DNA of 64,000 nt from Cyanophora paradoxa CCMP329 (lineage: Eukaryota; Plantae; Glaucophyta): NCBI GenBank assembly GCA_004431415.1, contig QPMI01000056.1, positions 186,001 through 250,000 on the forward strand. The letters are read 5' to 3'. A program made the position numbers and the translations under genes. Numbering within the stretch: position 1 is the first letter of the stretch; each line of letters opens with the position of its first letter. The notes beneath the pieces were generated by a model that ran no database searches, was not told where the DNA came from, and was given only the letters and a program-made list of their open reading frames with translations. Below, in pieces: positions 10,501 through 23,380 of this stretch.

Positions 10501-13500
10501 CGCCCCTGGCTCCTAGCTCCCAGCCCGTGCCTAGATCCCTCGCCCGGCTATCTAACTAGCTATCTAGCGTAGATCTGCCTGCTCTCCTAACGAGATAGTT
10601 GCCCTCGTCGGCGAGGAGAGACTCGCCTCTCTGAATTCTGACCGGGCTTCCACCCCACCCCTCCCCCCCCCCAGATCCGGGGGTACGCGGCGCAGAACAA
10701 GCGGTGGATCGTCCTCCCGCTGCACTCCTCCCTCTCCGTCGAGGAGCAGGACAAGGCACCCCCCTCTCCCTCCCTCCCCCCCACCTCCGCTCTGAGGCGG
10801 CGGGCCTCAGGTCTTCGACGTGGCGCCGGACGGCGTCCGCAAGTGCATCATCAGGCGCGCCCAGCTTCTTCCCCCGCCCCGCCAGGGCCCTGACCCCGAC
10901 CCCCGCTCCCGCTCCTATCCATCTCGAGCACTAGCGCGTCGCCCCAAGCACGAGGGACCTCTGACCTTTGCCCGCGCAGCACGAACATCGCGGAGACGTC
11001 GGTGACGATCGACGGCGTCCGCTTCGTCGTCGACTCCGGCAAGGCCAAGGAGATGGCGTGCGCCGCGGACCGCCTCTAGAGCCCTGGGTCCTAGAGTCTA
11101 GTCGTGGGAGGCGAGGAACCCCGGGGGTCCCAGCTTCATGCAGGAGATGGCATGCGTCGGGGGCCGGCTCTAGAGCCCTGGGTCCTGGGGCGAGGCCTCG
11201 CCGAGGCTCTTTAGATTTGGGGCGCTCCGCCGCAGACGACCGGGGGTTCTAGCTCCATAGTTCTACTAGCGCCTGCGGGCTGCCGGGGAAAGGGCGTGTG
11301 GCGGCGGGCGCTGAGCGGCACCCCTGCAGGTACGACGCGGACACGCGCGTCAACAGCCTCCAGGCGCGCCCGCCCCGGCCCCGCCCCCGCCTCCTTTCTT
11401 TCTTTCTTTCCCGAGGCGCTCCCCCCCGCGCAGGAGTTCTGGATCTCCCGCGCCTCCGCCGACCAGCGCAAGGCAGGCACCAGAGGCCTCCTCTGGCCAG
11501 AGGAAGCCAGAAGATCTAAAGCTGGAGAGATAGCGCTAGCTAGCCCCAGCGAGTTCCTGTACGGATCCTTTCTAGCATCTAGTACACCTTCTCGCCACTC
11601 CTCTAGGCTCTCTCGGCCTCGCTCCTGTCCTGCCTTGTTCTTCTTCGCCTCTCTCTGACGGGGGCGCAGGGGCGGGCGGGGCGCACGGGCCCCGGCCACT
11701 GCTTCCGCATGTACGCCGAGGTGCGCCCGTACCCCCCTTCTAGGTTACCTTCCGCGCCCGAGGGCCGCGCGCCTCGCCGCCCCCGCTTCGGCCCCCGTCT
11801 CTCCTTGCCCGCCGACCCTCCCCCCTCCCGCGGCAGACGGAGTACCGCCACTTCCTGGAGTACAACGTGGCGGAGATCCACCGCGTCTCCCTCGACGGCG
11901 TCGTCCTCGAGGCCCGCCCCGCCCCGCCCCGCCCCGCCCCGCCCCCCTAGAAGGGGGAGCCCTAGCGAGCTTCTTCCTCGAGGCACGCTGGGCTCTAGAC
12001 TGGGACTAAGCTTCGGTGTTGATATTCGACAACGAGCCCTAGGCTCTGTTAGTTAGGTTCTTCGAGGCCCGCCCCGCCCCGACGTCTCGCTGGATGGCGT
12101 CGTCCTCGAGGCGCGCCCCGCCCTCCGGGCCCGGGCTCTAGACCGGGACTAAGCTTTCTGAATTGATATTAGACAATATTAGACACCTAGTTCTTCAAGG
12201 GACTGCGCTTTTGGGTCCCTCGAGGCCCGCCCCTCCAACCCCCCCGCCCCTAGAGCCTAGAAAAGCACGCCCCCGAGGAACGCCCTAACGCCTCGGCGTC
12301 CTTGGGGCCCGTCCGCCCGGCCCGCCCCTCTCCAGCCCTCCGACGTCTCCCCTGCCCTCCCCCCTCCCCCCCTGACGCCCCCCTCTCCAGATCAAGAGCC
12401 TGGGGCTGGGGGACCCGCGGCAGTTCCCGTTCATCGAGCCGCCCTCGCGCGAGGCCGTCGAGGCCACCCTTCTCAACCTCAAGCGCCTCCAGGCACGCCC
12501 CCGCGCCCGCCCCCTCTAGGGAATCTAGGGCTAGAAAATCTAGGGCTAGGAGACTTCTCAGAGCCTACTAGGACCCTAGGCGATGGTACTGGACCTTGAG
12601 CGCCCCCGCGCCCCCCCGCCCCCTTCCTTTCTAGGGCGTTTCAGAGTCGAGGGCCAGGAGACCTCTCAGAGTCTACTAGAGGGCCCCTCCTTTCTAGGGG
12701 GATCTCAGAGTCTAGGACCTCACTCGTACTGGACTTTAAGCGCCTCCAGGCCCGCCAGAGGGATCTAGGGAATCTGGGGCTAGGAATATAGGGCTAGAAG
12801 ACGTCTCAGAGTCTACTAGAGGGCCCCTGCTCTACCCTAGGCGACGGTACAAAGGGTTAGCATAGGCCGTGAGGGCAGCACAAGGCCCCCGTCGAGGCGC
12901 GCCCCGCCGACCGGTCGCGCGCAGGCGCTGCACGCGGACGCGGAGGAGGGCCTGACGCCCCTCGGGCACGTCCTCTCCCGCCTCCCCGTCGACGTCCAGG
13001 CCCGCCCCCGCCCTCGCGCTTGCCTCGCACTCGGCTTTGTTAGTTTTAATCTCCCGGACTCGAGCGGCGCCACCGTCTGCCCGCCTGCCCGCGCCCCGCC
13101 CCGCCCCGCCCCGCCCTCTAGCTTCTCAGTCGGTTTTGGCTTCCGATGCCGCGCGCCCGGCGCCCGCCCGCCTTAAGCGCTTGAGCTTGAGCTTCTGATG
13201 CGGCGCGTCTCCCCGCCCGCCCGCCGCAGATCGGCAAGATGCTGGTCCTCGCCACGGTGCCCCGCCCGCCCCCGCCCCCGCCCCCGCCGCCGCCTCCTCC
13301 CGAGCCCGAGCCTGGGGCCCCTCGGGCCCGCCCCCGCCCCCGCCCTGCTCCGCGCCTCCGCCCCCGCCTCCCCCCAAGCCTAAGCCTAAGCCCCAGCCCC
13401 GCGCCCGCCCCCTACCCCCGCCTCCTCCCCGAGCCTTAGCCCCGGGCCCGCGCAGGTGTTCCAGCTGGTGGACCCCGTCCTCACCATCGCCGCCGCCCTC

Positions 13501-13841
13501 TCCGTCCAGGCCCGCCCGCCCTGCCCCGCCCTGCCCGCGCGGCCTCGCCGCCTCTGACTTGCACTGCTCCGACGCAGTCGCCCTTCCTGCGCGTCACCGA
13601 GTCCTCCGAGACCTCCCTCGAGGCGCCTGCATCGCCCGCCTTCGGCTTCCCTCTTTTACCGGCGCGCAGCGGCGGCACCAGTTCGACAGCGAGCACGGGG
13701 ACCCCTTCACCCTGTACCCCGCCCCCGCCGCCCCCGCCGCCCCCGCCCCCGCCCCCGCCCCCTCCTCTCAAGCCGGAACCGCAGGCTGCACGCGTACGAC
13801 GAGTGGGTCCAGGTGCTGCCTGAAGCTTTGACCGCTCCCCC

Positions 13842-13874
<33 letters not shown>

Positions 13875-15701
13875 CCACTTCCCCGCCCCCTCCGAGCGCG
13901 CCCCCTTCCCCGCGCAGATCAAGGCGACGCAGCGCGAGTCCTCCAAGAAGTGGGCCAAGCGCCACTTCGTGCGCCCCGGCCCCGCCCCGCCCTCGAGTAA
14001 AGCTAAAGAAGTAAAGCTAAGGAATCAAAGAAGCCGCTAGAGAGAAGGAATTTGTAGAGCAAAGCTAAGGAAGCGAAGCTAAGAGAAGCTAAAGAGGTGG
14101 GCAAAGCGCCGCTTCGTGCGCCCCGGCCCCGCCCCGCCCTCGAGTAGAGCTAACGAAGTAAAGCTGAAGAGTTCATCTAACGCCGGGCCAGACCTCTTAT
14201 AGCCTCTTATAGCTCCTGTCTGACCTCTTATAGCTAAGGAATGCATCTGACGCGCCGGGCCAGATCGAGGAGCAGCGGCTGTACGAGATGGCCAAGCTCA
14301 AGCGGCAGGCGCGGCCCCTGATCCCCCCGGACCGTCCCGCCCTTCTAACCGGTACCCCTCCCGGGGGGGGGGAGAACAGTTCGAGGACATCCTGGTGGAC
14401 GCCGGCCTCCTCCCCCGCCCCGACAAGGCCCGCCCCCCTCCCCCCCTTCCCCTGGATACTTCCGTTTTGGCGACCCTGGCGGGCAGGACGGGGAGGAGGA
14501 TGGGGAGGGCGGCGGCTCGGGCCCGTCCGGCGGATTCGAGTTCGACGAGTACGGCCACCCGCGGCCCCGGCCTCGCAGGCCCGCCCCCGCCCCCGCCCCG
14601 CACGCTAGATCCGAAGCGCTTCCGCCTCCGCCTCTCGATGGGACCTAGATCGACTCCTCCATCCCGCCCCCGCCCTGCGCCTCGCCCGCGCTTCGAAGCT
14701 AGTACGGCCACCCGCGGCCCCGGCCCCGCAGGCCCGCCCCCGCCCCGCACGCTCGCCTGCGCTCCGAAGCTAGACCCGCCTTTCAAATCCGCATCCGCAC
14801 CCGCGCCGCGCCGCGCCGCCATGGGATCTATATCTACTCCTCTATCCCGCCCCCGCCCCGCGCCCCGCCCGCGCCCCGAAGCTAGCTCCGCCTTCCGAAC
14901 CCTCACCCTTCGATCCGCCCCCTCACGGGTTGCGCAGGGGCCGGGACTCGGCGCGGGAGCGGGACCGCGAGCGCATCGCCAAGCGCCGCCAGCTCCGCCT
15001 CCTCCAGGCATCCCGCCCCCGCGCCCTTAAAAAAGCTTTCTTCTGGCCCCGCCCGCCCGCCCGCCTCTGACGCTGTCTCCCCCGCAGATGCAGCGGGAGA
15101 CGGAGCGGGGCCGGCGCGTCCTCTCCCTCGACGACCACTTCCCCACCGACGACGGCCCCGCCAACGCCGAGGGTCCGCGAGGCGCCGCCCGCCTAATGTA
15201 TTCTTCTACCCGCTCTACGAGGCGCCGAAACATTCGTCTATCCGCTCTAATATATTCTTCTATATTCCTCTATCCGCTCTATTCTTCTATCCGCCAAATA
15301 TTATTCCCGCCAAACACACAAGGCGCTGGCCCCCAAAGTCATCCTCTATCCGCTCCACGAGGCGCCGGCCCCTAAACATATTCCCCTCTCGCTCTACGAG
15401 GCGACGCTCTATGAGGCGACGCTCTAATGTATTCTTCTATCCGCTCTATGAGGCGCCGGCCCCGTACTATGGTAACGTATCCTTCTTTGCCCGCGAGGCG
15501 CCGCCAGCTCCGCCGCTCGGTTATTCTCTAAAGGGGCGGGGGGCAGAGGCGGAGGCGCAGAAGGAGGAGTGGGAGACCGACGACGTGCGCCCCCCGCCCC
15601 GCCCCGCCCCGCCCCGCCGGCCTCGCAGAACGGCCTCGTCCAGCCGCGACCTAAGCCTAAGCCTAAGAGCCATCTCCTACTCCTACGGATGTGATCTGAG
15701 C

Positions 15702-15733
<32 letters not shown>

Positions 15734-18700
15734 AGGTGGACATCCGGCACATGGACTTCCTCCTCTCCAACGACCTCGACCAGCTCGTCCAGACCTCCCA
15801 GGCCCGCCCCCGTACCCCCCGTCGCTTCTCCCCCCTCTGACGGGGCGCCGCAGCGGACGCTGACGCTGGAGGACATCAATTTGATCAAGGTCATCGTCTC
15901 CTCCGGTACGCTCCCCCCCACCCCCTCGCGCCCCCTCTTTCGCTACGGCGCACTCCCTTTCCGATTCCGTTCCCTCTGCCCCGCCCTCCCCGCCCAGCCC
16001 CGCCCCGCCCCCTCACCCTCCTTCGCTGGCGCCGGCGCCTCACGCGCGCGCGGGCCGGGGCAGGGCTGTACCCCCACGTCGCGATCGGGGACGAGGGCAA
16101 CGTCAACCGGCCCGACTCCGAGCGCGTCTTCCACACGCGGTACCCCCCTCCCCGCCTCCTCTATCCCTGTCTCCCAAGCATCGAGCCGCGGACGGCAGCT
16201 TCAAGCCGCAGGTCGTCATGCACCCGACCAGCATCTACGGTACCCCGCGCGCCGCTGGGCCGCTCGCTCGCGCTATCGCTCTCGGCTTGGGAGCTCGTGA
16301 TTTATGTCGTACCCCGTCGACGCCCCCGCAGCCGGCTCCTCGGAGGCGGCGGCGCCCTCCGAGGGCAAGCCCCAGGTGCCGCTATCCCCCCTCCCTCCAC
16401 CCCCCCTTCCCCCCTCTCTTTCGATCCGTCCACCCTCGCGGCAGTCGGCGGGCGGGGCCGGCGGGGCCGGCGCCGAGCTCTTCTCTTACGTCTCCCTCCT
16501 CGAGACCAACAAGTGATCGTCTTGCGATTATAATTAGAACCGCACGGAGCTGAGCGGGGGCGGGGGGCCCGGGGTGCAGGACGTACCTGACGAACTGCAT
16601 GCGGCTCCCCGCGCTGCACGCTCTCGTCCTCCTCGCCCACTCCAGTCCGCCCCGTCCCGCACCGCGCCCGCCCGCTCCTCCCGTTTCTTCTTTGAGCGTC
16701 TTCCCACAGTCGACACGGACGAGGCCTGCACCCGCTTCCTCGTCGACAACTGGCGCGCCCCCGCTCCACTAGATTTCGAGACCTTTACCTAAGAAGCGTC
16801 TTTCAATCTTCTAACGCCCCGCTTCCCAGGCTGGAGTTTTCGGTGGCGTCGTCCAAGGTGGGCGATCACGAGCGCCCGCCTATCCATCTCTCCATCTATC
16901 CTCCCTCTGAGCGCCCCCTCTGCCTTCTAACCAACTAACATCTAACTTCTTCCTCTTCCTCCTCTAACTTCAACTAACAACTAACTTCTAACTAACCTCC
17001 AACCTCTAAATTCTAACCTCTTCTCCTCGGCCCAGGTTGGGGAGCGGCTCCTGGCCGTCGTGCACCAGCTCCGCCTCATGCTCGCCGCCCTCCTCGCCAG
17101 GGTGCGCTCTCCCGCCCCCTTTCCCCCCCTCGCCCCCCCTGCCGGACCTCTATTTCGAGCCGCGTCGTTAGCTGTCATTCGCACCTTTCTCGCCCCTCTC
17201 ATTTCTAACGTTCCGTGCGTCTCCATTCTTGACGCTCTCACGTTCTGACTGGCCGTCGCCCCCTGTCCCGCAGCGGCTCACGAAGGCGGCGACGGACCGG
17301 GACAAGCGGCGGCGGCGGCGCGAGGCGGGGGGCGGGGGCTCCGGCGGGGGCGGGCCCCGCCGGCGCCGCTGGGACGACGACGAGGCGCAGGCCTACGAGG
17401 CCGCACAGGCGAGAGCCCGCCCCGCCCGCCCCGCCCGCCCGCCCGCCAAAGAAGCAGAGGAAGAAGAAGAACAGGAACAAGCCTGTAATCTAGCAGCCTA
17501 GCAGCCCGACCCGTCTATCTCGGATGAAGTCTAGCAGCCTCGCGCGCCGATAGGCTCCGCTGATGCGCCGCTTGACTGCGCCCGTTCTTTTCACCGTCGT
17601 CGTCGTCCCTCCGGCAGGAGGCTGAGGAGGCGGCCGAGGCGGCGGCGGCGGCCGAGGCGCAGGCCCCCACGGTGCGCCGGGCCGGGGAGAGATCCGCCTG
17701 CACCGCCGGTTCTAGGAAGCCGGCTCATCTGAACCTGAATCTGAGTCTGACGCCGCGCACGCAGGCGCCCCCGCCCGACTACCGCGTCCCAGAGGACATC
17801 CCGGTACCCCCTTCCCCGTCCCCGTATCCCCCTCGCCTCTATCGCCCTGACCGGACGGCGTACCCCCCGTCGCCGCAGGCGCCCGGCATCATCCGCCGCA
17901 TCGCCCGCGAGGTCCCGTACCCCTGTCGGAATTCTTCCCCGCCTCTCACTTTCGCCGCAGTGGACCGAGGCCGGCCCGCTCCTCGCGGGGCGGGTGCGCT
18001 CCCTGTACCCCCCGTCCCCGCACGGCGCCTGATCCGCGGCAGCCCGAGGGGGTGGACCTGGCCCCGGGGGGTACGCTGGCGGAGGGGACGGGCGACGGGG
18101 CGGAGGGGGCGGAGGCGGAGGGGGGGGCGGAGGCGGGGGAGGGAGGGGGAGAGAGCGCGAGCGGCCCCCCCTCCGCGCTCTTCGCCACGGAAGACGAGCT
18201 GTCAAGTGAATCTCTTTTTTCCCGACTCCATCCAACTTTAAGTGCGGTTTTAACTCTTTTCGGTGTTTTCGGCGCAGTGAAGCTCGCCGGCTTCCTCGAG
18301 CTCGCCGTACCCTTCCGAATGGAGCGGCTCTCCCCCGGCGTCGTCGCGGCCCTCGTACCCCACTCTTATTTCTCCCTCTCGTCCTTCCTTTTTGATGTAC
18401 CCCCCCGCAGTTCGGCGTCACGGAGGCGGCGGTGGCTGCGGAGGCGTCCCTAAGCGAAGGCGCCATGCACCACCTGGAGGGTACCTGAATTTCGGGGAGG
18501 GGGTACAGGGCGCTCGAAAGATCGAGATTTGATCCGCCTCGCAGCGGCGGCCGCGGTCTCCGGGACGGGCGCCGGCGTCGAGGGCGCCGCCCAGCTCGAG
18601 GACATGAAGGTACCCCCCCTTCTCATCCCCCCGCCCCAGCCCCTTCGAGGCTGACGCGGTACCCCCCTTCCACAGAGGGGGTGGAAGGCGGCGGAGTGGC

Positions 18701-19406
18701 TCCGGTGGGGCTCCCTCCTCGACTCAAAAGAGGCGAAGGTGCAGTACCCGTCGAAACCAAACGCTGTACCCCCGTTTCCGCCTCCGATCCGGCTTCCGAC
18801 GCAGGCGCTGGCGGGCATCTCGGCGCACCTCCGGAAGCACTGGTACCCCCCTCGAGCTTCACCCCCCCCCCTTTCTCCCCTTCCCTCACCCCGTCGCAGG
18901 GAGTGCCCGGTGTGCAGGCAGCGCCTCATAGTGAACCTGAACGAGCTGAAGGAGCACCGCGCCCAGGTCCGAGCGGCCGGACCGCTCAGCTGAGCGGTTC
19001 TGTCTCTGTTAAAGCTGTCGCAGTGCAAGCCGGCCGGGGCGGCGGGGCCGGCCGGGGCCGGGCGGGCGGCGAAAGGCGGCGGGAGCGCCGTTGTCGACGC
19101 GGCGCGGGCGATGCGGGGCGAGGGGCCGGCCGGCGCCCCGCCGCCCAAGCGGCCCAAGAAGACGAAGGATGGGGAGGAGGGGGGAGACCAGGAAGGCGCG
19201 GGCGAGCCGGCGGCCAGCGGCGAGCCTGCCAACCGGTGCGCCGCGCGCTCCGTGCCAGGCCAAGCCGATCGAAGGCTAGAAGAGCTGATCAGAGCGGCAG
19301 GCGGCGGTGGGAGTGCGAGACGTGCGGGCGCGCCTTCGTCTTCACCCCGCTCGAGTCCCTCCGCCACCAGCGCTCCTGCCCGGGGCCCGCCGGGCCCGCT
19401 GGCTAG
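7518..19406 (+). CDS. DHX34: DEAH-box RNA helicase DHX34 (NMD-associated), roughly 45-50 short exons
   Basis: Spliced motifs [15 protein letters not shown]|[120 protein letters not shown], and C-terminal zinc-finger-like WECETC...FTPLESLRH typical of DHX34. Confidence 0.9.
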
Positions 19407-19601
19407 CGGACTCCACTCCGGATCCTCCCTTCCCCAATAGGGGATTGAGTCCCCCCGGCCCTCCCCTTCCCCCCCCTGGAGCTTGAAAGCGCAATCCATG
19501 TTTAGATTCGGAACCGACGTCGACGGCAGCGAATTAAAGGAAGCAAGTTCAAAGCGGTGGTAATTTACAAGCACATGCGATGCACATGCACCATGGAGGC
19601 A

Positions 19602-21700
19602 TCATATGATTTGCCCGTCGATGAGGACGGAGATCGGAAGAGGCCCGTTTGCAAACCAACCGCGGAGGACAACAGAAGCCTGCCTCCGGAGCGCCTCGGG
19701 GAGCAGTAGCTCGAGCCGAAGTTGGAAGTCGGGCCGGCGGTCGCTCGACAGGCTGAGCAGCTCGTTGAAGACGCGAAGCTCGCTGACGTGGGTGTAGTGT
19801 TCAGCATCATAACATAGATGCACGCTAGAGAGCTTTGGGCCGGCCTGCGCAATCTCCTGCCACATCGTGATCAGGGCGAAGCAAGGCACAACCGAGTGAA
19901 GACGGGTGAATGACCCGCAGAATCTCCGCTGTGACCGTGCGACCGAGGGCGGCTGTCGATAGAGAAAGGGTGCGCAGGACGGGCCGAGAGGCGCGGATGA
20001 GTGGCACCACGGCGGAGGAGTTTGCATCCATTACTTCTAGGAAACGAGATCCAACAGTCAGATCGAGATTGAGCGCCTTAAGCTGCGCAGCGGCCCCCAG
20101 GCCCTCCAGTGCTGCCTTAAGTGCGCGAGCACGTGCTTCGGCTTCGGAAGCACGAAAGATCTGTGCGCAAATTTGCCCAAGTCAATGCACGTGGACGGGG
20201 GCGAGGAAGAACAGAGCATATGCATGCGCAGGGGTGGGGGCACACAACAAGCTGAAGATCGAGCGACTGCAGCTTCTGCAGGGCTCCAATGCCAGCGAGG
20301 ACGTCAACGGACGCGTCGTCAACCTGGCGTGAGATCACGATCAGTTGCTGAGCCGTCAAATCGAAAGCCACTGAGCGTGAAATTGGAGGAAACTCGAAAG
20401 CTTAAGTGAAGAACGTACAAGCAAAGAAAAATCCATAAAAGAAAGTGAACATCATATGATACTCACCATAATTTTGAGGTCCTCGAGGTTCTGGAAGCGC
20501 AGGATCGAGGTGAGGACGTCATGCCCGATTAAGTCTGACTCATCGAATTCTTCCGAAGAAGAGATGCGCAGCGAGCGAAGGCTCTTGGCGTTGAGCGCGT
20601 CGAGTGCTTCTCTTAGGCTGCCCAGGTCGTAGATGCTCACGATGGAGACCCGGAGCTCCTCCAGCGGCAGCCGCGCAAGACTCTGGAGCGCTGCACCGTC
20701 GTACACCCAGCACGTGAGTTTAATCAGGCGCGGCCAGTTTTCTGCGAGCTTCGCCTGCGGAAATCTCATTTTAAGCCCAGAGTTCCGCAGTACTTGAGCT
20801 GCAAATGAGAGTCGAACCGTGCGCTCGTCATCGAGATGAATATCGAACCCCTGGGTCGCCGTTTGAAGCTCGCGAAGGTGTGGGAGGCATTCAGGGATTG
20901 TCGAATCGATGAAAGTGGACGCAAGGTCCGGGTCATCCAGCCGCAGCGACCGGAGAGGGGCAGGGTGGAGGGCTGTCTGGAATGTGCGAACAACCTCCTC
21001 CAGAGACGGTGAATCGCCAGCACCGAATGCATCCCAATTGAAGTTTTCAGGACCACAAGATTTGGAGAACGTAGCGGCTTCTAGTGGCACAGGCGCCACT
21101 GCCAGTGCCGCCAGCAGCTCTGCGAAGTGGTGCGCGAACGTAGCGTAATCAGAGCGTGTACAAGCGTTTTGAGCGCAAGACGGCACCTGCTATCGCGTAA
21201 GTGGCATCGATGCCCGCCTCAGAAGCCTTCCGTGCATACTCTCGGTCTAAAGATTGGACCCTGGAGCAGGCTGGCCCTACAACGAGTTGCCGGCAGCCCG
21301 CCAGCGCCTTGCTCTTGACGCGCTTTGTGAATCGGTTGAGTTTCTTCCCGTAGCCCTGCAGCCGCTCCAGCATGTTGTGTTCACCTTTCACGCTGGGCTC
21401 GGCCCGCAAATGCAGCTGCTGCCAGCGGATACCGCGCATGAGCCGGCTGAAACGACGATCCAGCGACCAGAGCTGACACGTCTCGTACGCCTCTGCTGCG
21501 TCCAACTCGCTGAAGATGCGCTGCACGAGCTCGTCGGGCAGCCGCTCAAAATGGTTGCAATTGACTTCCTCGAGCTCGCTCCGCTCGCCGCCGCTGGCCG
21601 CCTCCGCTGTGTCGACCGACGAAACGGCTGCTGCGCTAGACATGCTCACGTGTGCCGAAGGCTCCTCCGCACGCGCGCGTTTCGTCGCCCGCTCGAACAT
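19602..21700 (-). CDS. F-box + LRR-like protein (family copy A)
   Basis: N-terminal KRAR (NLS-like), F-box-like HFERLPDELVQRIFSEL...LDRRFSRL, LRR-like LEELRV/LRSLRI/LQSLDL units, terminal exon LRVFNELL...LRGWF shared with copies B-D. Confidence 0.75.
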
Positions 21701-22455
21701 TCGACTTGGATTGCTGCTGCCCCGAGGTCTAACTGCCGCGATGTGTCGGCTGATGCGCTGGCTAGATGCCGGATGCTGGCAGTTACGCGGCAGTTACGGC
21801 AGTTACGATACTGGCGTCGCTGCGGCGTACGTGTACACGTACCCCAGACCGGATCCTCGGCGACCGAAGGCGGAGGCTCTGGGGCAGGCCAGCTTGCACG
21901 CGGCGTCTTGGGTGCGTCGGGTGCGATTCGCGGGAGCTTAAGCTCGCGCAGACCGCGGCCGCACGGAGGGCGCGCTCGCTAGCTGCCGCGCGGCCCGGCG
22001 AGCTCTAAGCTCTACTCGAGCTCTGACGCCGTGATGCTCGCGCGTTCGCGCAGGCCCTGCAGCGAGCCAGTCGATCGCCGCCGCCTCGCAGGCCCTGCAA
22101 CAGCCGCTGCCCCGCGCCGACCTCGCAGCAGCGACGCTCTCCGCGGCCGGCGGCATCATCTTCGGCATGCCATAATGATAATGGAGCAGCGCCCGGCGCC
22201 GGCGCTCGCCTCCGCGGCGGGCGCCGGTGCGGGCGCCGGCGCCTCGCTGCTGGACCTGCCCGACGAGATCCTAGCGGACGTCCTGCAGCTCGCCGGCCTC
22301 CCGGCCGCGTGGCCGGCCCGGCGCGCGTGCCGCCGCCTACGCGCCGCCGTCGAGGGCCGTGCGTGGGGCGGCGAGCTGCGCGCCGCCGGCGCGGCGGACG
22401 CGGAGGGGCCGCCCGCGCTGGAGCGGCTGGCGGCGCTGGTGCGGGCGGGGCGGCT

Positions 22456-22770
22456 CGGGATTTGCGCTCTCAATGCGTAAATCGAGTTTTGCGCCGACGG
22501 AATGCGAACAAAGAAGACCGTAGCCGAGCGCCAGGCACGAAAGAGCTGAGCGACCCGCTAGCCGCGGAGCGGCGCGAGGCGAGCACGGGATAAGCAGCAG
22601 GCTGCAGCGAGCGTCCCGCAAGGGACTAGCTGAGCTAGCCGTTGGGCCGAGCCGGCGGGCTTGAAGCCGCCGAGCTCCGGGGGGTACGCTGATTCGGGGT
22701 TTCCCTTCACGCCCAGCTTCGCTCGCGGCCGCTCCAGGCCACGAAGCGACCAGCGGCGAAGCGAAATCGC
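22456..22770 (+). repeat. Split direct repeat A1 (315 bp)
   Basis: Appears identical to 32219-32533 (cgggatttgcgctctcaatgcg...gcgaaatcgc). Confidence 0.95.
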
Positions 22771-23380
22771 CACAGCCAGCACTTCTAGCACGCCAGCTCA
22801 CCATGTCGGCACGACCGCCGACCATCCCAGCTCTTCCGGCCACGGGCCTCCCAGGCGTCAACTGGAGCCCACTAGCCGAGGATTACCTGCGGCGCAACCG
22901 CGCAGCAGCAACCGTGCAGCAGTTCTGCGTAGACGGCTGGCCGAAGGCACCCTCTCACCAGCAATCCTGCCGGAATCGTCGGCGGGTGGCGGTTCCCGCT
23001 TAGATTTGGTTCCTTACTGCCACGGCGGTACGTAGGTTCACGACCGGCTCGCCGCCTCGCTAGCGTATAGCGAAGGCTATTCCGGGGCCCATCGTCAATC
23101 CGCGGCCGCCGGCCTCTCTTTTCCGTTTAAGCGGCTACCGCACCTCGCCACCTGATTCCCGGCGGTTGGCTGACCACCACCTGCGCGCATGTCGAGACCG
23201 CCTCGACGCGACGACCGGCCGCGCATCATCGGCGCCCCGGCGGCTTCCGCGCAGGATCGCCTCGGCCGCGTGCGCTCGCGCTGTAGGCCCACCTCCGTCG
23301 ATCGGGGCTGGTCTCACAACTCCCCGGCGCCGGTGCCCGGGCCGCTCGCGCGACCCGGGGAGACGACGGAGTACGGTCCT

